This document shows positions 1 to 8,980 of a stretch of 64,000 bases of DNA, one piece after another (within the stretch, counting starts at the first letter, position 1; each line of letters begins with the position of its first letter). Position numbers and translations under genes: made by a program. The notes below the pieces were generated by a model. That model searched no databases. It was given only the letters and a program-made list of their open reading frames with translations, and was not told the DNA's origin. Origin of the DNA: Anaerovoracaceae bacterium (GTDB taxonomy: Bacteria; Bacillota; Clostridia; Peptostreptococcales; Anaerovoracaceae). Where the stretch lies: NCBI GenBank assembly GCA_051892195.1, contig JBJFFZ010000141.1, forward strand, positions 8,352 through 72,351, given 5' to 3'.

Positions 1-1698
1 GAGATGGAAGAGGAAATGAACCGCATGGCTGCAAGGATTGCAGAGCTTTCTGCCGACGGCGGCCACGCAGACAATGAAACCCAGGTGGAAAAGCTCCTGG
101 CAGACTATGACCGGCTGACCGAGCGGTTCAAGGAAGCAAACGGCTACGGGTACAAGAGTGAGATCACGGGAGTCCTGAGCAGCATGGCATTTCCACCGTC
201 CTTTTACGACAAAAAGACAGAATCCCTTTCCGGAGGGGAGCGGACCAGGCTTGCCCTGGCGGCGCTCCTTCTGAAAAAGCCGGACCTTCTGTTTCTGGAC
301 GAGCCTACCAACCATCTGGATATCGGAACCCTCAAATGGCTGGAGCAGTATCTGCGGGGCTATAAAGGAACCGTTCTGATCATTTCCCATGACCGGTATT
401 TCCTGGACCATACCGTAAACCGGATTTTTGAAATGGAAAACCACCGCCTCAGCGTCTATGAAGGAAACTACACCTTCTATGCAGGGGAAAAGCGGGTAAG
501 GATCGCAGCAGAGCTGAAGGCTTACAACAACCAGCAGGCGGAGATCCGCCGTCAGGAGGAAATGATCCGCCGGTTCAAGGAACGGGGAACAGAGAAGCTT
601 GCCAAGCGGGCAAAGTCCAGAGAAAAGCAGCTGGAAAAGGTTCAGCGCATGGACCGCCCGGAGATTCTCAACGACCGCATGAAGATTCAGTTTAAAGAAA
701 ACTCAAAGAGCGGAAACGACACCCTTCACGCAGAGGGTCTGGCCATGTCCTACGGCTTCGGCCAGGAGCGCAGAACCCTGTTTCACAATGTGGACTTTGA
801 CATCAAGCGGGGAGAGCGGATCTGCATCATCGGTCCCAACGGCACCGGAAAGACCACCCTGCTGAAGATCATCATGAACCAGGTGATGCCTACGGAGGGC
901 TTTATCAAAGTAGGGCACAACATCCAGTTCGGCTACTACGATCAGGAGCAGAGCATGTTAAGCGACAGCTTTACCGTAATCGAAGAAATGCGGGAGGCGT
1001 ATTCCCTTTACAGCGATACAGAGCTCAGAGGACTTCTGGGACGCTTTCTGTTCCGCAACGAAGATGTATTCAAGCCTGTCAGCGCTCTGTCCGGAGGGGA
1101 ACGGGCCCGCCTGGCCCTCTTAAAGCTCATGCTTTCCGGGGCGAACCTTCTGGTTCTGGACGAACCTACCAACCACCTGGATATCGCATCCAAGGAAGTC
1201 TTTGAGGATGCACTGATGGATTTTCCGGGAACCTGCGTCATCGTATCCCATGACCGATATCTTCTTAACAAAGTTCCCACAGCCATCTACGAGCTGACTT
1301 CAGAAGGCATTACCGTATATCAGGGGAACTACGACTACTACAATGAAAAGAAAGCAGAAATACTTTCCGGCTCCGCCTACATGAATGATCTGCACCGGAA
1401 TAATTCCACCCAGGCCGATCTGGCAGACGACGGCTCCGCCGACCTGCGGCAGCAGAGAATTGACGAACGAAGAAAAAACAAGGAATTGCAGGCGGAACAG
1501 CGGCGCCTCCAGCGCCGGCAGGAGGCTTTGGAGAAGGAGATCGAAACCCTGGAGCAGGACATTTCCGACCTGGAACAGGAAATGTACAAGGAAGAATACC
1601 AGACAAACCACGCAAAGCTCACGGAGCTTTCCGGGGCCCTGGCCGCAAAAAAGGAGCGGCTGGATCAGGCCTACGCAGAATGGTCCGAGCTTTCGTAG
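1..1698 (+). CDS. ABC-F family ATP-binding protein, 5' end cut by window edge
   Basis: Frame is open to base 1. Two ABC signature/Walker B blocks (LSGGERTRLALA..LLFLDEPTNHLD and LSGGERARLALL..LLVLDEPTNHLD) and second Walker A GPNGTGKTT. No TM segments. Charged coiled-coil C-terminal tail as in Uup/YdiF-like ABC-F proteins. Confidence 0.9.
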   Translation, partial: EMEEEMNRMAARIAELSADGGHADNETQVEKLLADYDRLTERFKEANGYGYKSEITGVLSSMAFPPSFYDKKTESLSGGERTRLALAALLLKKPDLLFLDEPTNHLDIGTLKWLEQYLRGYKGTVLIISHDRYFLDHTVNRIFEMENHRLSVYEGNYTFYAGEKRVRIAAELKAYNNQQAEIRRQEEMIRRFKERGTEKLAKRAKSREKQLEKVQRMDRPEILNDRMKIQFKENSKSGNDTLHAEGLAMSYGFGQERRTLFHNVDFDIKRGERICIIGPNGTGKTTLLKIIMNQVMPTEGFIKVGHNIQFGYYDQEQSMLSDSFTVIEEMREAYSLYSDTELRGLLGRFLFRNEDVFKPVSALSGGERARLALLKLMLSGANLLVLDEPTNHLDIASKEVFEDALMDFPGTCVIVSHDRYLLNKVPTAIYELTSEGITVYQGNYDYYNEKKAEILSGSAYMNDLHRNNSTQADLADDGSADLRQQRIDERRKNKELQAEQRRLQRRQEALEKEIETLEQDISDLEQEMYKEEYQTNHAKLTELSGALAAKKERLDQAYAEWSELS

Positions 1699-1741
1699 AA
1701 GAAAAATACGGCAGCAGAGCCTTCAGAAGCCATCTTTGGTA

Positions 1742-1770
1742 TTGAATCATTGTTCCGTCTTTGTTATAAT
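1742..1770 (+). promoter_or_regulatory. sigma-A type promoter of rex (TTGAAT-17-TATAAT)
   Basis: TTGAAT at 1742-1747, 17-nt spacer, TATAAT at 1765-1770, about 48 nt upstream of the rex ATG. Confidence 0.55.
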
Positions 1771-1778
1771 AGTAACAA
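1761..1778. promoter_or_regulatory. Rex-box-like palindrome overlapping the rex -10
   Basis: TTGTTATAATAGTAACAA compared with the Rex operator consensus TTGTTAA-N4-TTAACAA. The outer TTGTTA/TAACAA arms are perfect inverted repeats. Confidence 0.55.
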
Positions 1779-1817
1779 TTAAGTGTGTTTATAGGACTAT
1801 AGTAAGGAAGTACGTCA

Positions 1818-2462
1818 ATGAAAGAAAAAGCAAAGATTTCAGATGCGGTAGTCAAGAGACTTCCTATTTACCGCAGATATCTGGAGGAGCTGATCAAGGA
1901 TGACGTAGAACGGATTTCATCCAACGAACTCAGCTCATTAATCGGTTTTACAGCGTCCCAGATTCGTCAGGATCTTAACAATTTCGGCGGATTCGGGCAG
2001 CAGGGGTACGGATACAACATCAAGGGTCTTTACAAGGAGATCAGCACGATTCTGGGTCTTGACCAGGAGTACAAGATGGTGATCGTGGGAACCGGAAATC
2101 TCGGACAGGCGCTGGCCAATTATACAAAGTATTACAAATCCGGTTTTCCAATCATCGGCATGTTTGATGTAAATCCAAAGATTATCGGATTGAAGATCAA
2201 TGATATTGAAGTCATGGACAGCGAGTACCTTCTGGGTTTTCTGAAGGAGCATCCCATCGATATCGGAATCATCACCACCGACAAGGGTGCGGCCCAGAGC
2301 GTTGCGGACAAGCTTGTGGAGGGCGGCGTCCGGGGAATCTGGAATTTTGCTCCCTGCGATCTGAAGGTGCCTAAGAGCGTACCTGTAGAAAACGTGCATG
2401 TAACGGATACGCTGAATTCTCTTGTATATCATATTATTCATGCAGAGGATGAACAAAAGTAA
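1818..2462 (+). CDS. rex: redox-sensing transcriptional repressor Rex
   Basis: N-terminus KRLPIYRRYL..SS.ELS...G....QIRQDLN.FG.FGQQGYGY is the Rex wHTH signature. Rossmann motif IVGTGNLGQAL follows. Confidence 0.95.
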   Translation: MKEKAKISDAVVKRLPIYRRYLEELIKDDVERISSNELSSLIGFTASQIRQDLNNFGGFGQQGYGYNIKGLYKEISTILGLDQEYKMVIVGTGNLGQALANYTKYYKSGFPIIGMFDVNPKIIGLKINDIEVMDSEYLLGFLKEHPIDIGIITTDKGAAQSVADKLVEGGVRGIWNFAPCDLKVPKSVPVENVHVTDTLNSLVYHIIHAEDEQK

Positions 2463-2467
2463 AGAAA

Positions 2468-2500
2468 AAGGCTGTTGCGTTAAGCAACAGCCTTTGTTTT
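2468..2500. terminator. bidirectional rho-independent terminator between rex and the ferredoxin gene
   Basis: AAGGCTGTTGC-gttaa-GCAACAGCCTT hairpin with an A-run upstream and a T-rich run downstream. Confidence 0.6.
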
Positions 2501-2518
2501 CATCATATTGTCTGCTGA

Positions 2519-2689
2519 TTATGCCTGTGAAGGTGCGTCTACAGGACATGTTTCAGCGCAGGAACCGCAGTCGATGCAGAGTTCTGCATTGATTACATAC
2601 TGTCCATCACCCTCTGAGATTGCCTCTGTCGGACAGTCAGCTGCGCAAGCGCCGCAGGAAATGCATGAATCACTGATTACATATGCCAT
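2519..2689 (-). CDS. fdx: 2x[4Fe-4S] clostridial-type ferredoxin (56 aa), absent from the ORF track because it is under 60 aa
   Basis: Reverse-strand translation is MAYVISDSCISCGACAADCPTEAISEGDGQYVINAELCIDCGSCAETCPVDAPSQA, with two CxxCxxCxxxCP motifs. GGAGG RBS sits 7 nt upstream of the ATG. The + strand ORF 2508..2717 is its antisense shadow. Confidence 0.85.
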   Translation of the reverse strand: MAYVISDSCISCGACAADCPTEAISEGDGQYVINAELCIDCGSCAETCPVDAPSQA

Positions 2690-2734
2690 ACGAATTACCT
2701 CCTTAAAAATTCTATAGTTATATATAGCTCATAC

Positions 2735-2763
2735 ATTATAACAAAGAAACCGAAAAGGAACAA
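2735..2763 (-). promoter_or_regulatory. candidate promoter of the ferredoxin gene (TTGTTC-17-TATAAT on minus strand)
   Basis: Minus-strand TTGTTC (2758-2763), 17-nt spacer, TATAAT (2735-2740). Confidence 0.45.
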
Positions 2764-2840
2764 CATTTTTTAGAATAAATTAAGCAAATAATATACTGCA
2801 GAAAAAGGCTGCAGTCACAGTGCAAACGGAGAAGGGTATC

Positions 2841-3659
2841 ATGATTGTTTACGGACTGGAAGGAAAAAGCGGGACCGGAAAAAGCTACCAGGCAATGAAC
2901 GTCTGCCGGGAAAAAGGCATCCGGGGAATTATTGATGACGGCCTGTTCATCTACGACAACGCCATCTGCGCAGGGCATTCTGCCAAGAGAGATGAAAACA
3001 AAATGACGGCCATAAAGACGGCCATTTTTCAGAATGAGGAAGAACGGGAAAAGGTGGCTGAGGCCATCCGCCAGGTTGCTCCGGAAAAGCTACTGGTGCT
3101 GGGAACCTCCGAAGGGATGATCGAAAAGATCTGCAGCAGGCTGCAGCTTCCTGAACCCTCCGAAATGATTCATATTGAGGATATTTCCACGCCGCAGCAG
3201 ATTCAGACCGCCCTGCAGCAGCGGAGGCAGAAGGGCAAGCATGTGATCCCGGTTCCTACCTTTGAAATCAAAAGCCAGTTTTCCGGCTACTTCCTGAAGC
3301 CTCTTTCCATTTTTCACATTACAAACGGAAAGCCCTCAAAGGTCAGCGAAAAAACGGTGGTGCGGCCCACATACAGCTATCTGGGAGAATTTACGATTTC
3401 CGACAAAGCCGTGCTGCAGCTGGCAGATTACATCATGGGGCGCACCGGGTATGTGGCGGAGACCGGAAAGTGCACGCTGAAGAGCAGCGGTGAGGGGGTG
3501 ACCCTGAACATTGCCGCAGTCTTCTACTACGACCGGGAGCTTCGGAAAAATATCCGCGTCCTTCAGAAGACTATTGCAGCCCAGGTGGAGAAAATGACAG
3601 CCTTCAATATTCTCGGCGTCAACATTCTTGTAAAGGGGCTGGTGAGCCGGCAGGACTGA
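2841..3659 (+). CDS. P-loop NTPase fused to a C-terminal Asp23/Gls24-like domain (function unknown)
   Basis: Walker A GLEGKSGTGKS at the N-terminus. The C-terminal ~90 aa (GEFTISDKAVLQLA...VEKMTAFNILGVNILVKGL) match the Asp23 alkaline-shock family pattern. GGAGAAGGG RBS lies before the ATG at 2841. Confidence 0.75.
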   Translation: MIVYGLEGKSGTGKSYQAMNVCREKGIRGIIDDGLFIYDNAICAGHSAKRDENKMTAIKTAIFQNEEEREKVAEAIRQVAPEKLLVLGTSEGMIEKICSRLQLPEPSEMIHIEDISTPQQIQTALQQRRQKGKHVIPVPTFEIKSQFSGYFLKPLSIFHITNGKPSKVSEKTVVRPTYSYLGEFTISDKAVLQLADYIMGRTGYVAETGKCTLKSSGEGVTLNIAAVFYYDRELRKNIRVLQKTIAAQVEKMTAFNILGVNILVKGLVSRQD

Positions 3660-3727
3660 AAACAGGCGGAAAGAGAGACAAAAAAGAAACCCGCCGAAAG
3701 GAATTCAGAAAAAAAATAAAAGGTGGG

Positions 3728-3756
3728 TTGACATCCGGCTGGATATGGAGTAAATT
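3728..3756 (+). promoter_or_regulatory. groESL promoter (TTGACA-17-TAAATT)
   Basis: Perfect -35 TTGACA at 3728-3733, 17-nt spacer, TAAATT at 3751-3756, immediately upstream of CIRCE. Confidence 0.65.
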
Positions 3757-3760
3757 ATGT

Positions 3761-3787
3761 TTAGCACTCAGCGAGGAAGAGTGCTAA
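3761..3787. promoter_or_regulatory. CIRCE element (HrcA operator)
   Basis: TTAGCACTC-N9-GAGTGCTAA, a perfect match to the CIRCE consensus, located between the promoter and groES. Confidence 0.9.
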
Positions 3788-3838
3788 CAACGTAAATAAA
3801 ATATATCAAATATATGAAATTTGAAAGGAGTTTTTCAA

Positions 3839-4108
3839 ATGATCAGACCATTAGGCGACAACATTGTAATCAAGCGTCTTGAAGCAGAGGAAAAGACTCA
3901 GGGCGGTATTATTCTGGCAAGCTCAGCAAAGGAAGTTCCACAGATTGCGGAGGTTCTTGCTGTAGGACCTGGACTGGGAGATGAAGAAATCAAGATTTAC
4001 GGCGGCGAAAAGGTAATCTTCAAGAAGTACGGCGGCACCGAAATCGAATACAACGGACAGGAACTCATTATTATTCCTTACGCTGACATTCTTGCAGTGC
4101 TGGACTAA
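3839..4108 (+). CDS. groES: co-chaperonin GroES
   Basis: MIRPLGDNIVIKR..EEKTQGGIIL is a typical GroES sequence. AAAGGAG RBS sits 7 nt upstream of the ATG at 3839; the track ORF starts at an upstream TTG. Confidence 0.95.
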   Translation: MIRPLGDNIVIKRLEAEEKTQGGIILASSAKEVPQIAEVLAVGPGLGDEEIKIYGGEKVIFKKYGGTEIEYNGQELIIIPYADILAVLD

Positions 4109-4171
4109 TTTTATGAAAGGCGGCAGCCCGGCTGCCGGAAAATGACCCCTGAGGGGATGGATTTGAATTAA

Positions 4172-5839
<1,668 letters not shown>

Positions 5840-5899
5840 TCCGGAATCCGGCTGGATTTAAATACCGGACCAGGCAGGCTCCGAACAGAAAAAAATACA

Positions 5900-5936
5900 G
5901 AGGAACTGTATGACAGGTGCAGTTCCTCTTTTTTTT
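5900..5936 (+). terminator. groEL rho-independent terminator
   Basis: GAGGAACTG...CAGTTCCTC stem followed by T8. Confidence 0.7.
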
Positions 5937-5983
5937 AGAGAAAACCCCGCGTCTGACGCGGGGTTTCGTTATGTTTCAGGGAC

Positions 5984-6013
5984 GAAAAAAAGACTGCCGA
6001 AAATCAGCAGTCT
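5984..6013 (-). terminator. candidate terminator of tRNA-Glu
   Basis: AGACTGC/GCAGTCT stem followed on the minus strand by a T7 run. Confidence 0.5.
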
Positions 6014-6019
6014 TTCTGT

Positions 6020-6095
6020 TGGTATCCCGTAGGGGAGTCGAACCCCTGTTGCCACCGTGAGAGGGTGGAGTCTTAGGCCACTTGACCAACGGGAC
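6020..6095 (-). tRNA. tRNA-Glu (anticodon CTC), CCA encoded
   Basis: Reverse complement is GTCCCGTTGGTCAAGTGGCCTAAGACTCCACCCTCTCACGGTGGCAACAGGGGTTCGACTCCCCTACGGGATACCA. Anticodon stem CCACC/GGTGG with loop CT-CTC-AC, GGTTCGA T-loop and a 7-bp acceptor stem. Confidence 0.9.
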
Positions 6096-6122
6096 ATATG
6101 TGTTATCACAAACGACTCAATC

Positions 6123-6151
6123 ATTATATAATACCCATTTCAAAATAGCAA
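6123..6151 (-). promoter_or_regulatory. candidate promoter of tRNA-Glu (TTGCTA-17-TATAAT)
   Basis: Minus-strand TTGCTA (6146-6151), 17-nt spacer, TATAAT (6123-6128), about 25 nt upstream of the tRNA 5' end. Confidence 0.5.
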
Positions 6152-6377
6152 GAGGTTTTTGAAGGAACATGGTGACAAAAAAAGAAAAAAGGGTGATGGA
6201 ACGATGATCAGAGGAATGGAATGCCGCAGGTTTTCCGGTAACGATTTTATCACGGTTATGTAATCAGAATAAAATATGAATACAACAGGAATGACACAGA
6301 AATCGTGTATCATGTGGGGGAGATAGTAAAAAAGTGATCCCGGACAATCTGTTCCGGTGACGGAAGGGATGGTGTCA

Positions 6378-7148
6378 ATGAATAAAAAATGCGGTCTCCC
6401 GGGGAAACGGGCACTGTGCGCGGCTCTGATTCTTGGTCTGCTGTGCCCGGTCTTTTCCTACGGGCAGGAGACGGTTACAGATTATGAAAACCACTGGGCT
6501 GCCTCCTCGATAGATTTTGTTATTGAAGCGGGCTATATGACCTGCACAGAGGTTCCGAAAGAGCAGGCAGACTGCAGCGGCGAAACGGAGATTCCTGTCC
6601 GTGTGTTTGCACCGGACGAAGCAATGACAAGAGCCATGTTTGTAGAAGCTCTGGCAGGGGCTGCGGGTATCTGCTTTGAGTCCGGCAGCCAGTCTTACGG
6701 CAGTGATGCGGAGCAATGGGGGCTGGTGGAGCTTCGCCCGGAGATCTACGAACCGGACCTGCAGGCTCTGGACGAGATGTTTGACGATATGGACGGAACA
6801 GAAGCCTTTGCGCCGGCGGTGGCGTGGGCTGTGGAACAGGGCATTGTAAACGGTACAGGAACCGGATTTTCTCCGGATATGCCTCTGGACCGTCAGACCC
6901 TTGCCGTTTTGCTGTATCGCGCCGTGGACGTGCTGCAGATCGATCTTTTGGGAGACTGGTCTGTGATCCTTGACTTTACCGATCTGGATCAGGCGGATCC
7001 GTGGGCTATTGAAGGCATCTCCTATTGTTTTGCCACAGGACTGATGAATGGAGACAGCAGCGGGGCATTTTCACCGAAGCGGACTCTCACAAGAGCAGAA
7101 AGCGCTGTGGTTTTAGAGCGGTTCTGCAGACAGAAAGATTCCGTCTGA
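6378..7148 (+). CDS. secreted S-layer-homology (SLH) domain protein
   Basis: Signal peptide MNKKCGLPGKRALCAALILGLLCPVFSYG. Three SLH-like repeats, e.g. FDDMDGTEAFAPAVAWAVEQGIVNGTGTGFSPDMPLDRQTLAVLLYR and FTDLDQADPWAIEGISYCFATGLMNGDSSGAFSPKRTLTRAESAVVL. Confidence 0.8.
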   Translation: MNKKCGLPGKRALCAALILGLLCPVFSYGQETVTDYENHWAASSIDFVIEAGYMTCTEVPKEQADCSGETEIPVRVFAPDEAMTRAMFVEALAGAAGICFESGSQSYGSDAEQWGLVELRPEIYEPDLQALDEMFDDMDGTEAFAPAVAWAVEQGIVNGTGTGFSPDMPLDRQTLAVLLYRAVDVLQIDLLGDWSVILDFTDLDQADPWAIEGISYCFATGLMNGDSSGAFSPKRTLTRAESAVVLERFCRQKDSV

Positions 7149-7176
7149 AACGGATCTGTTATACCTTTCTGAAAAC

Positions 7177-7210
7177 AAAGAGCACCCAACATCAGCGGGG
7201 TGCTCTTTTT
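7177..7210. terminator. bidirectional terminator shared by the SLH gene and gpmI
   Basis: AAAGAGCACCC...GGGGTGCTCTTTTT hairpin between convergent genes. Confidence 0.6.
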
Positions 7211-7237
7211 GTGTGCAGACAGAGTCTGCGTCTGTTT

Positions 7238-8809
7238 TTAACTGAGAGAAGTATTTCCGTTTTCTGTACTTCGGATCAGGCTTTTTCCGGTCATTTCCTG
7301 AGGCTGGGTCAGGCCCATGAGCTGCAGCAGGGTAGGTGCAATGTCTGCTAATATTCCGTCCTGGCGCAGGGTAAAGTCACCGCAGCCGGAATCCTTCGGG
7401 GTAATGACCACTGCGGGCACGGGATTTGTGGAGTGGGCGGTGATCACATTTCCCTGACTGTCCGCCATGGTATCGGCATTTCCGTGATCTGCGGTGATCA
7501 ACAGGCTGCTGCCTGTTTTTTCGGTGGCCTCAAGGATTTCTCCCACACACCGGTCTACGGTTTCCACGGCGGCAACGGCTGCTTCAAAGACTCCTGTATG
7601 CCCTACCATATCCGGGTTGGCAAAATTCATAACGATCAGGTCGTATGCACCTGATTCGATGGCGTTTACTGCTGTGCGGCAGACCTCCGGTGCGCTCATT
7701 TCCGGCTGCAGATCGTAGGTTGCCACCTTTGGAGAAGGAATCAGGATCCGCTCTTCGCAGGCATTTGGCTCTTCTACGCCGCCGTTGAAAAAGAAGGTGA
7801 CGTGGGCGTATTTTTCTGTTTCCGCAAGGCGCAGCTGCTTCAGACCGCAGGCTGCCATGTACTCGCCCAGGGTGTTTGCATGATGCTGGGGCGGGAACGC
7901 CACCAGTGCGCCTTTGATGGCCTCGTCGTAGCGGGTCATGCAGACATAGCACAGGTCCTTCGGAGCCTCCGGGCGGTTCAGCCCCTCCAATGAGGCATCG
8001 CAGAAGGCCCGGGTGATTTCTCTTGCCCGGTCCGGACGGAAGTTGAACATGATCACGGCATCGTGATGGCGGATGAGGCCCACGGGCTTTCCGCCTTCTG
8101 TAATGCGGGTGGGCAGAACAAATTCGTCGTTTTCGTCCCGGTCATATGCCTGCTGCAGTGCCTGCAGCGCGGAGCCTGCTGCCGGTGTATCGGAGGATTC
8201 GTCCGTCAGTGCGTCATAGGCCTTCTGGATTCGTTCCCAGCGGTTGTCCCGGTCCATGGCGTAGTAACGCCCGGCGATGGAGGCAATCCTTCCGACTCCC
8301 GTTTTTTCCATGTGGGCTTCCAGCTGACGGATATAGTTTTCCGCACAGCGGGGCGGAACGTCTCTGCCGTCCAGGAAGCAGTGGACGTAAACCTCCCGGA
8401 CGCCTTTTTCCTTTGCCATGTCGATAAGGGCCAGGAGATGGCGGATATGGCTGTGAACCCCGCCGTCGGAAAGGAGCCCCATAAGGTGAAGGGCGGCGCC
8501 TTTTTTTACATGCTCCATAGCCTGGTTCAGGACGGTATTGTGCGAGAAGGTTCCGTCCTCGATTTCCTTTGTGATGCGGGTCAGCTCCTGATAGATGATC
8601 CGGCCTGCCCCGATGTTCATGTGTCCTACTTCAGAATTTCCCATCTGGCCCTCCGGCAGGCCTACGGACATGCCGCTGGCGCCGAGGAGCGTATGAGGAT
8701 ACGTTTCCATGATACGGTCCAGATTTGGGGTATCTGCTGCTGCTATAGCGTTGCCGGAGGCATCGGCATTGTATCCGAAGCCGTCCAGAATCATTAATGT
8801 GGTTGTCAT
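7238..8809 (-). CDS. gpmI: 2,3-bisphosphoglycerate-independent phosphoglycerate mutase
   Basis: MTTTLMILDGFGY...SEVGHMNIGAGR...LSDGGVHSH...ADHGNAD motifs. Start refined to the ATG at 8809; the track ORF runs upstream to 8926. Confidence 0.95.
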   Translation of the reverse strand: MTTTLMILDGFGYNADASGNAIAAADTPNLDRIMETYPHTLLGASGMSVGLPEGQMGNSEVGHMNIGAGRIIYQELTRITKEIEDGTFSHNTVLNQAMEHVKKGAALHLMGLLSDGGVHSHIRHLLALIDMAKEKGVREVYVHCFLDGRDVPPRCAENYIRQLEAHMEKTGVGRIASIAGRYYAMDRDNRWERIQKAYDALTDESSDTPAAGSALQALQQAYDRDENDEFVLPTRITEGGKPVGLIRHHDAVIMFNFRPDRAREITRAFCDASLEGLNRPEAPKDLCYVCMTRYDEAIKGALVAFPPQHHANTLGEYMAACGLKQLRLAETEKYAHVTFFFNGGVEEPNACEERILIPSPKVATYDLQPEMSAPEVCRTAVNAIESGAYDLIVMNFANPDMVGHTGVFEAAVAAVETVDRCVGEILEATEKTGSSLLITADHGNADTMADSQGNVITAHSTNPVPAVVITPKDSGCGDFTLRQDGILADIAPTLLQLMGLTQPQEMTGKSLIRSTENGNTSLS

Positions 8810-8885
8810 ATTCCTATAATCTTCCTTTTTTGGAAATTTCTTTGAGTGGCGGCCGGGGCCGCCGTAAGTGCGCTCGTTCCGTTTC

Positions 8886-8914
8886 AGTATAACAGAGAAC
8901 CGGAATATGTGCAA
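8886..8914 (-). promoter_or_regulatory. candidate gpmI promoter (TTGCAC-17-TATACT)
   Basis: Minus-strand TTGCAC (8909-8914), 17-nt spacer, TATACT (8886-8891). Confidence 0.45.
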
Positions 8915-8980
8915 AGAGGAGGGCATTATGATACAATAACCGGAGCAGTGGATTGAACCGGAAAGAGGGGCGGATGATTT

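Noticed and set aside
2508-2717. 69-aa + strand ORF in the rex/P-loop intergenic region.
   Set aside because: It is the antisense shadow of the minus-strand ferredoxin gene, which has an RBS and two CxxCxxCxxxCP motifs.
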